Assembly (NCBI RefSeq): GCF_000020385.1
Contig: NC_010814.1
Coordinates: 3,270,001 to 3,302,000 of the forward strand
Direction: 5' to 3'
Source of the DNA: Trichlorobacter lovleyi SZ
Lineage (GTDB): Bacteria; Desulfobacterota; Desulfuromonadia; Geobacterales; Pseudopelobacteraceae
DNA length: 32,000 bases
Position 1 is the first letter of the stretch. The number at the start of each line of letters is the position of its first letter. Made by a program: the position numbers and the translations under genes. This document shows, piece by piece, positions 8,726 through 17,834 of the stretch. A model generated the notes under the pieces. The model was given only the letters and a program-made list of their open reading frames with translations, was not told where the DNA came from and did not search any database.

Positions 8726-9211
8726 TCAGGGCACTAAGCGCACAAACAGCCGTTCACACCGCCTGAGCAGCATGAAAAACAGCTCTTTAGCAGGATGAGA
8801 CGAAAACGAGCAATAGGGATTACGGATATACAAAGGACGGGCACCGGCCAGCAGGGCAGACAGACAGCCGGTCAGCAGACGATCATCAACCATCAGAATC
8901 GATGACAGGGGAACTGAAGCCAGTTCCCCTGTTTTTTTCAGGCCATCCGGATACGGTTTTTTACGCACACCGGAGACAAAACGCAGGCCGGGAAACTGGG
9001 TGGCAAACCAGTCCACCCGGGGACCAAAGGGACGATTTGAAAGGATACAGACCCGCTCTACACCGAACACCGCCACCGCGCGCCTCAACCAGTCGGTCAC
9101 TTCAGGCAGCGGCTGGTCGGCAGCGTGGGGAGCCAGCACCCCGTCAAAATCAAGGGCCAGCGCCCTGACACCCTGTTCTGACAGCACTGACGGTTCCTGA
9201 TCCAGCAGCAT
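8726..9211 (-). CDS. HAD superfamily IIIA phosphatase (YqeG-like)
   Basis: HAD motif I LALDFDGVL, then ILSNRP and MVDDRLLTG (motif IV-like). Start placed at ATG 9211 (MLLDQEP...). The longer tracked ORF would overlap the upstream gene and has no usable start just after that gene's stop. Confidence 0.7.
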   Translation of the reverse strand: MLLDQEPSVLSEQGVRALALDFDGVLAPHAADQPLPEVTDWLRRAVAVFGVERVCILSNRPFGPRVDWFATQFPGLRFVSGVRKKPYPDGLKKTGELASVPLSSILMVDDRLLTGCLSALLAGARPLYIRNPYCSFSSHPAKELFFMLLRRCERLFVRLVP

Positions 9212-9302
9212 GCGGGACGCCGGTGTCTGTGCAACCAGATCCCGCAGCCGACCGCGATACTGCCAGCCGCCGGTTATTCCCTCCAGAATATGGCCGATGA
9301 CG

Positions 9303-10211
9303 CTACTCCTTTTCCTTGAAGGGACACTTCTGGGCCTTGCTGACCAGGAAGTAGACAATTCCCAGCACCAGCAGGGTCACGGTCAGAAAGGCCTGGGTCT
9401 TCAGGTCGTCATGCCGCAGGGTCGAAATCAGGATCTCCCGCACCATGGCCACAATGATCACTCCCACAAAGACCAGGATGTTGAAACTCCCCCCCTTCAG
9501 GTTCTTGATCTCGTTATCCAGCAGCTCGATCATCATCCAGAGGATCAACATGGCCCCCAAGGCTGACAGAATCCCCTTTTCGACATCACCTTGAAATATC
9601 TTCATGATGTCACTGACAAACAGGCCCACCACACCGATTGAGACCCCGGCCAGGGCCAATACCAGCACCAGATTCAGGCCATAGGTAAACCGCTCCGACA
9701 GATGGATCAGACCCGACTCCAGCGAACGGGACACAAAGACCTTGCGCATTTCTTCATCTCGATAGGAAGAGGTCATCACCGCCAGGTTCATATCCAGAAT
9801 CTTGTCCACCGATTCTCGGTACAGACGGCGCTGGTCGCGGTCCTCAAAGGTATCGTGAATCATATGCTGAATGGCATGGCGCACATGGTTCATGGCAGCA
9901 TTGACATAGTGAACCGGCAGGCCGACCCGCACATGGGCCTGCCCAATCCGCTTCAGTGAACGCAGGTACTCATCGTCATAGGTCCCCTGAAAAAGGGTGC
10001 GAAACCAGTGCCGATGGAATGCTTCAAGCCGATCCCGGCTGGAATTGCCGGCAATGATCTTCTGTGCTTCGGGGATATCGGTCAGATATTGCATGAAGTG
10101 GTCAGACAACCCGTTAAGATACTCCTCTGCCACCGGCATCAGATCCAGCAGGTTGCCGGCATCCTCAGCGGTAAATCTATATTCTTCCCTCAGTTTGGCC
10201 ATACTTTCCAT
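9303..10211 (-). CDS. Globin-coupled sensor: N-terminal protoglobin domain fused to a C-terminal four-helix PsiE-like membrane domain
   Basis: Protoglobin-like N-half (FTAEDAGNLLDLMPVAEEYLNGLSDHFMQYL...HRHWFRTLFQGTYDDEYLRSLKRIGQAHVRVGLPVHYVNAAM; candidate proximal His in GQAHVRVG). The C-half has 4 hydrophobic helices with LILWMMIELLDNEIK and VGVIIVAMVREILI, reminiscent of PsiE. Start at ATG 10211 (GAGGGAG 8 nt upstream), 35 nt after the hypD stop. Confidence 0.8.
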   Translation of the reverse strand: MESMAKLREEYRFTAEDAGNLLDLMPVAEEYLNGLSDHFMQYLTDIPEAQKIIAGNSSRDRLEAFHRHWFRTLFQGTYDDEYLRSLKRIGQAHVRVGLPVHYVNAAMNHVRHAIQHMIHDTFEDRDQRRLYRESVDKILDMNLAVMTSSYRDEEMRKVFVSRSLESGLIHLSERFTYGLNLVLVLALAGVSIGVVGLFVSDIMKIFQGDVEKGILSALGAMLILWMMIELLDNEIKNLKGGSFNILVFVGVIIVAMVREILISTLRHDDLKTQAFLTVTLLVLGIVYFLVSKAQKCPFKEKE

Positions 10212-10245
10212 CGGAGTGCTCCCTCGTCCTCGTAAGTAAATCGGA

Positions 10246-11343
10246 TTATTCAGGACAACCATAGCGCCAGGCAGCGGCGCAACTTCCCTCGCTGGAGACC
10301 ATGCAGGCCCCCACCGGCGTCTCGGGACTGCAGACAGAGCCAAACAACGGACAGTCCTTGGGGGCGATCCGGCCGGTCAGGACTTCACCACAGCGGCAGC
10401 CGGCCGGTTCACGGGCAGGCGGCAGCTCCACCGGCAACATACGGGCTGCATCATAGCCGGCATAGGCGGCACGCAGAACCAGACCACTGTCCGGCAGGAC
10501 ACCTAGACCACGCCAAACGGCATCAGCCGGTTCAAAGACACGCCTGATCAGCTCTTGAGCCTTCGCATTGCCCTGGTTCGATACCGCGCGGCTGTACTGA
10601 TTCTCAACTGCGGCACGACCTGCGCGGCATTGTTGCACCAGCATCAGCACTCCCTGCAGCACATCTGCCGGCTCAAAACCGGTCACCACACAGGGGATGC
10701 CGAATTTTTCAGCCAGGGGCCGATAGGCATCAGCGCCGATCACGGTGCTGACATGGGCCGGACAGAGGTAGCCGCGGATCTGTAGTTGCGGGTCTGCCGA
10801 CAGGGCCTGCATCGGGCCCGGCATGGTCTTGTGGCTGGTCAGCACAAAGAAGTTTGTACATCCCTGTTGTTCTGCTGAAAGGATGGCGGCTGCCACCGTA
10901 GGGGTGGTGGTTTCAAATCCCACCCCCAGGAACACCACCCGTTTGTGCGGCAGTTCAAGGGCCAGCTTGACCGCATCAAGCGCGGAATAGACGATCCTGA
11001 TATCAGCCCCTTTGGCCCGCTCGGCCATCAGGGATGAATTGGAGCCGGGCACCCGCAACAGATCACCAAAGGTGGTGACAACCGTATCCGGCAGACCGGA
11101 AAGGGCAATGGCATGGTCAATATAACTGACCGGCGTCACGCAGACCGGACAACCGGGACCCGACACCAGTTTCACCGGCTCCGGCAGTAACGACTTCAGG
11201 CCAAAGCGGGCAATGGCCATGGTATGGGTACCGCAGACCTCCATCAGCCGCACCGGCTCCGGCAACTGCCGGGCCTCCTCTGCTATGGCGGCAGCCAGCC
11301 CCTGCACCAGTTCACGATCACGGTATTCATCCTGAAACTTCAC
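10246..11343 (-). CDS. hypD: [NiFe]-hydrogenase maturation protein HypD
   Basis: MKFQDEYRDRELVQGL...EVCGTHT...GPGCPVCVTP...PAHVS motifs. The GTG start overlaps the hypC stop (GTGA). Confidence 0.95.
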   Translation of the reverse strand: MKFQDEYRDRELVQGLAAAIAEEARQLPEPVRLMEVCGTHTMAIARFGLKSLLPEPVKLVSGPGCPVCVTPVSYIDHAIALSGLPDTVVTTFGDLLRVPGSNSSLMAERAKGADIRIVYSALDAVKLALELPHKRVVFLGVGFETTTPTVAAAILSAEQQGCTNFFVLTSHKTMPGPMQALSADPQLQIRGYLCPAHVSTVIGADAYRPLAEKFGIPCVVTGFEPADVLQGVLMLVQQCRAGRAAVENQYSRAVSNQGNAKAQELIRRVFEPADAVWRGLGVLPDSGLVLRAAYAGYDAARMLPVELPPAREPAGCRCGEVLTGRIAPKDCPLFGSVCSPETPVGACMVSSEGSCAAAWRYGCPE

Positions 11344-11570
11344 GCCATATCCTCAGGGTTGAAGATCTCCCGCATGATCCGCAGGGTTTCCTCCGCCTCA
11401 GCCGGATCGATCCGCGAGATGGCAAACCCGGCATGTACGATCACATAATCCCCCACCGCAACCGGATCGCCCAACATCATAAGACTGGCCTCACGCTGTA
11501 CGCCGTCGATCTCGGCCAGCACCATATCGTCATTGATTTCAAGAATCTGCATCGGCACGCCAAGACACAT
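11340..11570 (-). CDS. hypC: [NiFe]-hydrogenase maturation chaperone HypC
   Basis: 76 aa beginning MCLGVPMQILEI (conserved N-terminal Cys2). Confidence 0.93.
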   Translation of the reverse strand: MCLGVPMQILEINDDMVLAEIDGVQREASLMMLGDPVAVGDYVIVHAGFAISRIDPAEAEETLRIMREIFNPEDMA

Positions 11571-11575
11571 TCTGC

Positions 11576-13798
11576 CTACCTCCTTGCTGCTATTGCGGCC
11601 TGCCCCAGGGCTATCCCCCCGTCATTGGGCGGCACCAGCCGGTGTATAAAGACGGAAAAATTTGATTTTGCCAAGAAAGTATACACCAACTCGCTCAAAA
11701 GGCGATTCTGAAACACACCACCGGACAGCACCACACGGTCAAGCCCGGTCTCCTGGCGGATCAGGTCGCACCCATCCACCACCGCCGCAGCCAGACCGGC
11801 ATGGAAGGCCCGGGCCAGCGACGCAGAGGATTCGCCTGCCTGGAGCCGCTGCAGCAGCCCCAGCAACAGCGGTGCCGGGTCAAGCTGAAACGGCGTCCCC
11901 GGCTGCAAGCGGTACAGCAGCAGCTCTGGTGCGGCTGCGGCCTCTGCCAACGCCTCCAGCGCCATGCCGGCCTGCCCGTCAAAGCTGTTGCGGGTTGCCG
12001 CCCCCACCAGGAATGCAGCCGCATCAAACAACCGCCCCATGCTTGAGGTAAGCGGTGCATTGATCCCCCGCTCCAGCACGGCCTGCAGTAATTGCCTGTC
12101 AGTGGCAGCAAGCACCGGCATGCCGGGTAGCTGCCAGATCCCGTCACCAAGCGGCTCCCACAGCCAGGCAGCAGCCATCCGCCACGGTTCACGGGCAGCA
12201 AGATCGCCGCCAGGCAGGCGCACCTGCTTCAGATGACCGGCCCGCTCCACTGCGCCATAGCCTCCCACCAGAAACTCACCGCCCCAGACCGTTCCATCAT
12301 CCCCCAGACCGGTGCCGTCAAAGATCACACCGATCAGGTCGCCATCCAGGCCGTTTTCAGCCATGCAGGAGGCCATGTGGGCGTGATGGTGCTGGACCCG
12401 TACCAGCGGCAGTCCCAGCTCTTCGGCATAGCGGGTGGAGAGATAATCGGGGTGCCGGTCACAGGCCACCAGTTCAGGCTTGATCTCCATGATCGTGCCG
12501 AGATGGTCAATCGTCCGGCAAAAGGTGTCCAGCGTGGCCTCATTCTTCAGGTCACCGATATGCTGGCTGAGAAAGGCCTCCCTGCCGCGGGTCAGACAGA
12601 CCGTGTTCTTCAGTTCCGCCCCCACCGCCAGGATCTTCCCGGCATCAAACGGCAGCGGCACCGGCCGCGGCACATAGCCCCGTGAGCGGCGATAGAAGAG
12701 CGGCCTGCCCTGAAAGACCCGCAGTACGGAATCGTCGGTGCGCACCTGTATCACACGGTTATGGGTCAGAATGGCATCGGCAATGCCTGCCAACTGTTCC
12801 GCAGCCTCAGCATCATCACTGAGCATCGGCTCGTCAGAGGCATTGGCGCTGGTCATCACCAACGCCTTCAGCCCGGTATCGGCAAACAGCAACTGGTGCA
12901 GCGGCGTATAGGCCAGCATCAGACCGATCCAGCGGCTGTCCGGCGCAACCAGCTCAGCAACCGGCGTAGCAGTTCTGCTGCGTACAATCACCACCGGCGC
13001 CTCAGGAGCGGCCAACAGCCGCTCCTCCAACTCCTCAAGTTCAGCCAGCTGCCTGGCCGTTACAAGATCCGGCACCATCACCGCAAACGGTTTTTCATCC
13101 CGTTGCTTACGCTGCCGCAGACGTGCCACCGCCTGATTGTTACAGGCATCCACCGCCAGGTGATAGCCGCCCAGTCCTTTGATTGCCACAATCAGCCCCT
13201 GCTGCAACAGGGCAATGGCCTGCCCCAGCGGATCGGCATGACCGGGCACCAAAGACAGCCGGGGACCGCAATCCGGGCAGGCGATCGGCTGGGCATGGAA
13301 GCGACGGTCAAGGGGATTGCGGTATTCCGCTTCACAATCCGGACAAAGGGGGAAAGCGGCCATGGTGGTCAGGGGACGGTCATAGGGGATGCCGGTCACA
13401 ATGGTCCAGCGGGGACCGCAGTTGGTACAGGTGATAAAGGGATGCCGGTAACGGCGGTCAGCAGGATCAGACAGCTCCCTCAGACAGTCGACACACAGCG
13501 CGCTGTCCGGGGCAATCTGTGGTTCACGCCTGCCGTCGCTGCTGGCAAGAATCACAAAGCCGGTCTCATCGTGTAATAGCAGGAGGTCACGGAATTCAAG
13601 CGAGCTGATCACTGCCAGCGGCGGCAGTTCTGCCTGCAGGCGCTGACGAAAGCCGGCAAGCTGTTCTGCCCTGCCCTGCAGTTCCAGCTCAACCCCGGCC
13701 GGGCTGTTGCGGACCCAACCGGTCAGTCCCAACTCCGCTGCCAGGCGAAAGACAAAGGGGCGGAACCCCACCCCTTGTACAATCCCGGCTATGCGCAC
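11576..13798 (-). CDS. hypF: Carbamoyltransferase HypF
   Basis: Acylphosphatase-like N-terminus (VQGVGFRPFVFRLA), two zinc-finger CxxC pairs (CVDCLREL...CTNCGPR, CPDCEAEY...CPDCGP), YrdC-like and Kae1-like C-terminal domains. GTG start at 13798. Confidence 0.95.
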   Translation of the reverse strand: MRIAGIVQGVGFRPFVFRLAAELGLTGWVRNSPAGVELELQGRAEQLAGFRQRLQAELPPLAVISSLEFRDLLLLHDETGFVILASSDGRREPQIAPDSALCVDCLRELSDPADRRYRHPFITCTNCGPRWTIVTGIPYDRPLTTMAAFPLCPDCEAEYRNPLDRRFHAQPIACPDCGPRLSLVPGHADPLGQAIALLQQGLIVAIKGLGGYHLAVDACNNQAVARLRQRKQRDEKPFAVMVPDLVTARQLAELEELEERLLAAPEAPVVIVRSRTATPVAELVAPDSRWIGLMLAYTPLHQLLFADTGLKALVMTSANASDEPMLSDDAEAAEQLAGIADAILTHNRVIQVRTDDSVLRVFQGRPLFYRRSRGYVPRPVPLPFDAGKILAVGAELKNTVCLTRGREAFLSQHIGDLKNEATLDTFCRTIDHLGTIMEIKPELVACDRHPDYLSTRYAEELGLPLVRVQHHHAHMASCMAENGLDGDLIGVIFDGTGLGDDGTVWGGEFLVGGYGAVERAGHLKQVRLPGGDLAAREPWRMAAAWLWEPLGDGIWQLPGMPVLAATDRQLLQAVLERGINAPLTSSMGRLFDAAAFLVGAATRNSFDGQAGMALEALAEAAAAPELLLYRLQPGTPFQLDPAPLLLGLLQRLQAGESSASLARAFHAGLAAAVVDGCDLIRQETGLDRVVLSGGVFQNRLLSELVYTFLAKSNFSVFIHRLVPPNDGGIALGQAAIAARR

Positions 13799-13809
13799 CC
13801 CCTGACGGA

Positions 13810-14670
13810 TTATCTCCCCAGCTCCTGCTGCAGCCAGCCATACCAGGCATCCAGCCCCTGTCCGCTGGTGGCGGAGAGTTCAAGGATTGCCAGATCATGG
13901 CTGACCCGGCCCGCATACTCTTTGCACTGGGCCACGTCAAAGGAGAGGTGCGGCAGCAGGTCCACCTTGTTCAGCAGCATCAGGTCAGAGTTATGGAACA
14001 TCTGGGGGTACTTCAGCGGCTTGTCCTCCCCTTCGGTCACCGACAGCACCACCACCTTGTGGGCCTCGCCAAGATCAAAGGCAGCCGGGCAGACCAGGTT
14101 GCCGACGTTCTCGATAAACAGGATATCCAGCTGATCCAGATCAAAGGCCTCAGTGGCATGCATCACCATATGGGCATCCAGATGGCAGCCGGCACCGGTA
14201 TTGATCTGCTTGACCGGCACGCCGGTGGCGGCGATCCGGCGGGCATCGTTGTCGGTCTGCTGGTCACCCTCGATCACCGCGCAGCGGTAACGACCGGACA
14301 GATCTCGCAGGGTACGCTCCAGCAGGGTGGTCTTACCGGAACCCGGTGAAGAGACCAGATTCAGCACCAGTATCCCCTTTTCTCTGAACAGGGCTCGGTT
14401 GAAAGAGGCCAGCCGGTTGTTCTTGGCCAGGATATCCTCCTCAATGCTGATCCTTTTGCTGCGATGGGCCTCGTCATGGCTGTGCTGATGGGGCTGGCCG
14501 TCGTCGTGCAGATGATCATGGTGGTGATGCTGCTCGGCATGGTCATGATCATGACTGTGGGGGTGGGGATGACTATGGCTCAGGTCACCGTGGGTATGTT
14601 CATGCTCGTGGGTATGTTCGTGGTCATGATGATGGCCGGAAGTGGGGCCGCAGCCGCAGGTGGTACACAT
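13810..14670 (-). CDS. hypB: Hydrogenase nickel-incorporation GTPase HypB with an extended His-rich N-terminal tract
   Basis: MCTTCGCG (CxxCGC high-affinity Ni site), about 55 residues rich in His/Asp/Glu, then the G-domain (NLVSSPGSGKTTLL, ENVGNLVCPA, LNKVDL). GGGAGG RBS upstream. Confidence 0.95.
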   Translation of the reverse strand: MCTTCGCGPTSGHHHDHEHTHEHEHTHGDLSHSHPHPHSHDHDHAEQHHHHDHLHDDGQPHQHSHDEAHRSKRISIEEDILAKNNRLASFNRALFREKGILVLNLVSSPGSGKTTLLERTLRDLSGRYRCAVIEGDQQTDNDARRIAATGVPVKQINTGAGCHLDAHMVMHATEAFDLDQLDILFIENVGNLVCPAAFDLGEAHKVVVLSVTEGEDKPLKYPQMFHNSDLMLLNKVDLLPHLSFDVAQCKEYAGRVSHDLAILELSATSGQGLDAWYGWLQQELGR

Positions 14671-14701
14671 GGGGAAACCTCCCGAATAGGGTTAATGTCT
14701 C

Positions 14702-14731
14702 AGTCTTACCGAGGCGGGTAGCCTTGGTCAA
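14702..14731 (-). promoter_or_regulatory. Candidate sigma-70 promoter for the hypBFCD operon
   Basis: On the minus strand: TTGACC (complement of 14726-14731), 17-nt spacer, TAAGAC(T) (complement of 14702-14708), about 30 nt upstream of the hypB start. Confidence 0.3.
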
Positions 14732-14758
14732 GCGCTAAAAGCAGGCGATCTTGTATAC

Positions 14759-16624
14759 TCAATCGGCGCCGCAATCAAACTGCAGACAGTACAGGCGGGC
14801 ATACTCACCGTTCAGGCTCAGCAGCTGATCGTGACGCCCCTCCTCCACCACCCGTCCCCGGTTGATCACCACGATCCGGTCGGCATCCCGCACCGTGGAG
14901 AGCCGGTGGGCGATCACCAGGGCGGTGCGTCCGGCCAGCAGCCGCTCAACCCCTTCCTGAATCAGGCGCTCACTTTCACTGTCCACGCTGGCGGTGGCCT
15001 CATCCAGGATCAGCAGTTCAGGGTCAAAGGCCACGGCCCGGGCAAAGCAGAGCAGCTGGCGTTCCCCCAGCGACAGGTCACCGCCCCGCTCGGCCAGCTC
15101 GGTGTCGTACCCCTGCGGCAGCTGCTCTATGAAGCGATCGGCCCCCACAGTAATCGCTGCCTGGCGCACCCGGGCTGCAGCCCGGGGATCTCCCAGACAG
15201 ATATTAAAAGCGATGCTGCCCGCAAAGACAAACGGCTCCTGGGAGACCAGCGCCATGCGGCGCCGCAGCTGTTCCCGAGGAATCCGGCGGATATCAACAC
15301 CATCAACCAGAATCTGCCCCTGATCCAGTTCATACATCCGGGACAGCAGCCTGATCACGGTGGTCTTGCCGCCGCCGCTCTCCCCCACCAGGGCCAGCCG
15401 CTCCCCCTTCTGCAGGCTCAGGTTAACATCAAGCAGGGTCGGCTCATCGGGACGATAGGAGAAGCTGACATTGCGGAACTCAACCAGCGGAAAACCAAAG
15501 ACGCTGTATTCGGCCTGAGAAGCAGGCGGCGAGGAAGGGGCGCCGCAGGCGTACAGATCAGTACGTCGAGAAGCCCCTGACGATGCCAACGAACTTATCT
15601 GGCTGAAGCCAGCGTCTTTTTCCTCTTTCTCATCCAGCAGGGCAAAAATCCGCTCCAGGGCAGCCATGGCCCCCTGCATGATGCCGTACTTGGCCGAGAG
15701 ATCCCGGATCGGCCCAAAGAATTTTTCTATGTACTGGATAAAGGCCACCAGGGTGCCGAAGGTCAGCAGCCCCTGCAGCATCTGGCCGCTGCCGTACCAG
15801 ATGATCAGGGCAATCGCCAGGGAGGAGAACATCTCAACAATGGCGTAGAGTGAGGCATCCCAGATGATGACCGGCCGGTTGGCATCACGGTGCGCGGCGT
15901 TAAGTTCGCTGAAACGGGCCTGTTCCTCCTGCTCCCTGCCAAAGGCCTGCACAACGGAGACCGCGCCAAGCACTTCGGCCAGATGCCCGTTCATCTTGCC
16001 CAGCCGCGAGCGAACCTCACGAAAGGCCTGACGCATATTGCGCCGGAACAGCCAGGCCACAAAGATCAGCGGCGGCAGCACTGTAAAGGTCACCAGCGAC
16101 AGCCTGGGGTCCATCCAGAGCATGGCTGCCACGATCCCGGCCAGCAGCAGGAAGTCACCGATCACCGACACGATCCCTGCGGCAAACATCTCCCCCAGCG
16201 CCTCCACATCACTGGTCAGGCGCGTAACCACCCCGCCGGTGGCAGAGCGGTCAAACCAGGGCACCGGCAGGCGCAGCAGGTGCTGAAACAGGGTAGCCCG
16301 CAGATCGGCCATCACCCGCTGTCCCACCATCTGCAGACCGTAGACCTCACCCCAGGTCAGCAGCGCCTCAAGCAACAGCAGCAGCAGAAACAGGGCCGCC
16401 GGACCGGCCAACAGATCCAGCCGGCCGGGTGTAATGGCATGGTCAATGGCATATTTCAGCAGCAGCGGCTGCCCCAGACGGCAGAGCGTGGTCAACGGCA
16501 GCAGCAGCAGAATCCCCCCCACCGCCAGACGGTAGGGCACCAGATAGCCAAGAAAACGGCGCAGCAGACGTGCGTCGTAGGCCTTGCCGGCTATGGCGTC
16601 CTCATGCAGACCGCCGTGGTGCAT
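14759..16624 (-). CDS. ABC exporter, fused permease/ATPase (MsbA/multidrug type)
   Basis: Six-helix TMD followed by an NBD with Walker A GESGGGKTT, signature LSLGERQ, Walker B LLILDEATASVD and H-loop IAHRL. GGAGG RBS upstream of ATG 16624. Confidence 0.9.
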   Translation of the reverse strand: MHHGGLHEDAIAGKAYDARLLRRFLGYLVPYRLAVGGILLLLPLTTLCRLGQPLLLKYAIDHAITPGRLDLLAGPAALFLLLLLLEALLTWGEVYGLQMVGQRVMADLRATLFQHLLRLPVPWFDRSATGGVVTRLTSDVEALGEMFAAGIVSVIGDFLLLAGIVAAMLWMDPRLSLVTFTVLPPLIFVAWLFRRNMRQAFREVRSRLGKMNGHLAEVLGAVSVVQAFGREQEEQARFSELNAAHRDANRPVIIWDASLYAIVEMFSSLAIALIIWYGSGQMLQGLLTFGTLVAFIQYIEKFFGPIRDLSAKYGIMQGAMAALERIFALLDEKEEKDAGFSQISSLASSGASRRTDLYACGAPSSPPASQAEYSVFGFPLVEFRNVSFSYRPDEPTLLDVNLSLQKGERLALVGESGGGKTTVIRLLSRMYELDQGQILVDGVDIRRIPREQLRRRMALVSQEPFVFAGSIAFNICLGDPRAAARVRQAAITVGADRFIEQLPQGYDTELAERGGDLSLGERQLLCFARAVAFDPELLILDEATASVDSESERLIQEGVERLLAGRTALVIAHRLSTVRDADRIVVINRGRVVEEGRHDQLLSLNGEYARLYCLQFDCGAD

Positions 16625-16794
16625 TGTATCCTCCTGTCCAGAGCTGAAATCCGAATAAAACCTTTGCAGAGCATCGGGCGATTGTCAACCTGAATAGGTT
16701 GCCGCAACTGTCTGGCTACAACCGCCGACGCATACTATACTATTTTAATGTATTTTAATAATATAATTCTTTACCAGATTGTGTATTTTTTATC

Positions 16795-16824
16795 TTGACG
16801 AATTAAACAGCATCACAGTAAAGT
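16795..16824 (+). promoter_or_regulatory. Candidate sigma-70 promoter for cysK
   Basis: TTGACG (16795-16800), 18-nt spacer, TAAAGT (16819-16824), immediately downstream of a strongly AT-rich block. Confidence 0.35.
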
Positions 16825-16870
16825 AACAACAGATGGCAGACAAGAACAGGATGCAGGAAAGGATCAGACC

Positions 16871-17821
16871 ATGGCACGCATCTTCAGCGACAACTCACAA
16901 TCAATCGGCAACACCCCCCTGGTCAAACTGAACAAGGTAACCAGCGGAGCTCAGGCAACGGTGCTGGCAAAGATCGAGGGGCGCAACCCGGCCTACTCGG
17001 TCAAGTGCCGCGTCGGCGCCAATCTGATCTGGGATGCTGAAAAACGGGGGATCCTGAAGCCGGGCGTAGAGATCATAGAACCGACCAGCGGCAACACCGG
17101 CATCGCCCTGGCCTATGTGGCGGCTGCCCGGGGTTATAAGCTGACCCTGACCATGCCTGAGACCATGAGTATTGAACGTCGCCGCGTGCTGTCTGCCCTG
17201 GGGGCCAACCTGCTGCTGACGCCCGGCTCACTGGGCATGAAGGGGGCCATTGCCCAGGCAGAGGAGCTGGCCGCCAGCGACCCGAAACGCTACTTCCTGC
17301 CCCAGCAGTTCAAGAATCCGGCCAACCCCCAGATTCACGAACTGACCACCGGACCCGAAATCTGGGCCGATACCGATGGCGGCATTGACCTGCTGGTATC
17401 CGGGGTCGGCACCGGCGGCACCATCAGCGGCATCTCCCGCTATATCAAGCAGCAGCAGGGCAAACAGATCCTCTCGGTGGCGGTGGAACCGGCTGAAAGT
17501 CCGGTCATCAGCCAGCAACTGGCAGGCAAGCCGCTGCAACCGGCCCCCCACAAAATCCAGGGGATCGGCGCCGGCTTCATACCTGACACCCTTGACCTGA
17601 GCCTGGTTGACCGGGTTGAAACGGTAACCGGCGATGAGGCGATCGATTTTGCCCGACGGCTGGCCCGGGAGGAGGGGATACTGGTCGGCATCTCCAGCGG
17701 TGCCGCCGCAGCCGCAGCTGTTCGCCTGGCCCGGCTGGACGAGTTCAGGGGCAGGACGATTGTGGTCATCCTGCCGGACGGGGCGGAACGCTACCTTTCA
17801 ACACCGTTGTTTGGTGAATAA
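16871..17821 (+). CDS. cysK: Cysteine synthase A (O-acetylserine sulfhydrylase)
   Basis: 316 aa. [13 protein letters not shown]-lysine context [29 protein letters not shown]. Confidence 0.93.
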   Translation: MARIFSDNSQSIGNTPLVKLNKVTSGAQATVLAKIEGRNPAYSVKCRVGANLIWDAEKRGILKPGVEIIEPTSGNTGIALAYVAAARGYKLTLTMPETMSIERRRVLSALGANLLLTPGSLGMKGAIAQAEELAASDPKRYFLPQQFKNPANPQIHELTTGPEIWADTDGGIDLLVSGVGTGGTISGISRYIKQQQGKQILSVAVEPAESPVISQQLAGKPLQPAPHKIQGIGAGFIPDTLDLSLVDRVETVTGDEAIDFARRLAREEGILVGISSGAAAAAAVRLARLDEFRGRTIVVILPDGAERYLSTPLFGE

Positions 17822-17834
17822 CGCAGGTGCCGTC

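Noticed and set aside
9212-10343. Longer tracked starts for the HAD phosphatase (9358) and the globin-sensor gene (10343)
   Set aside because: Both extensions overlap the preceding gene on the same strand (98 nt into hypD, 56 nt into the globin gene) and encode Arg/Pro/Ser-rich junk. Internal ATGs (9211 and 10211) give N-termini consistent with the family, and 10211 has an RBS.
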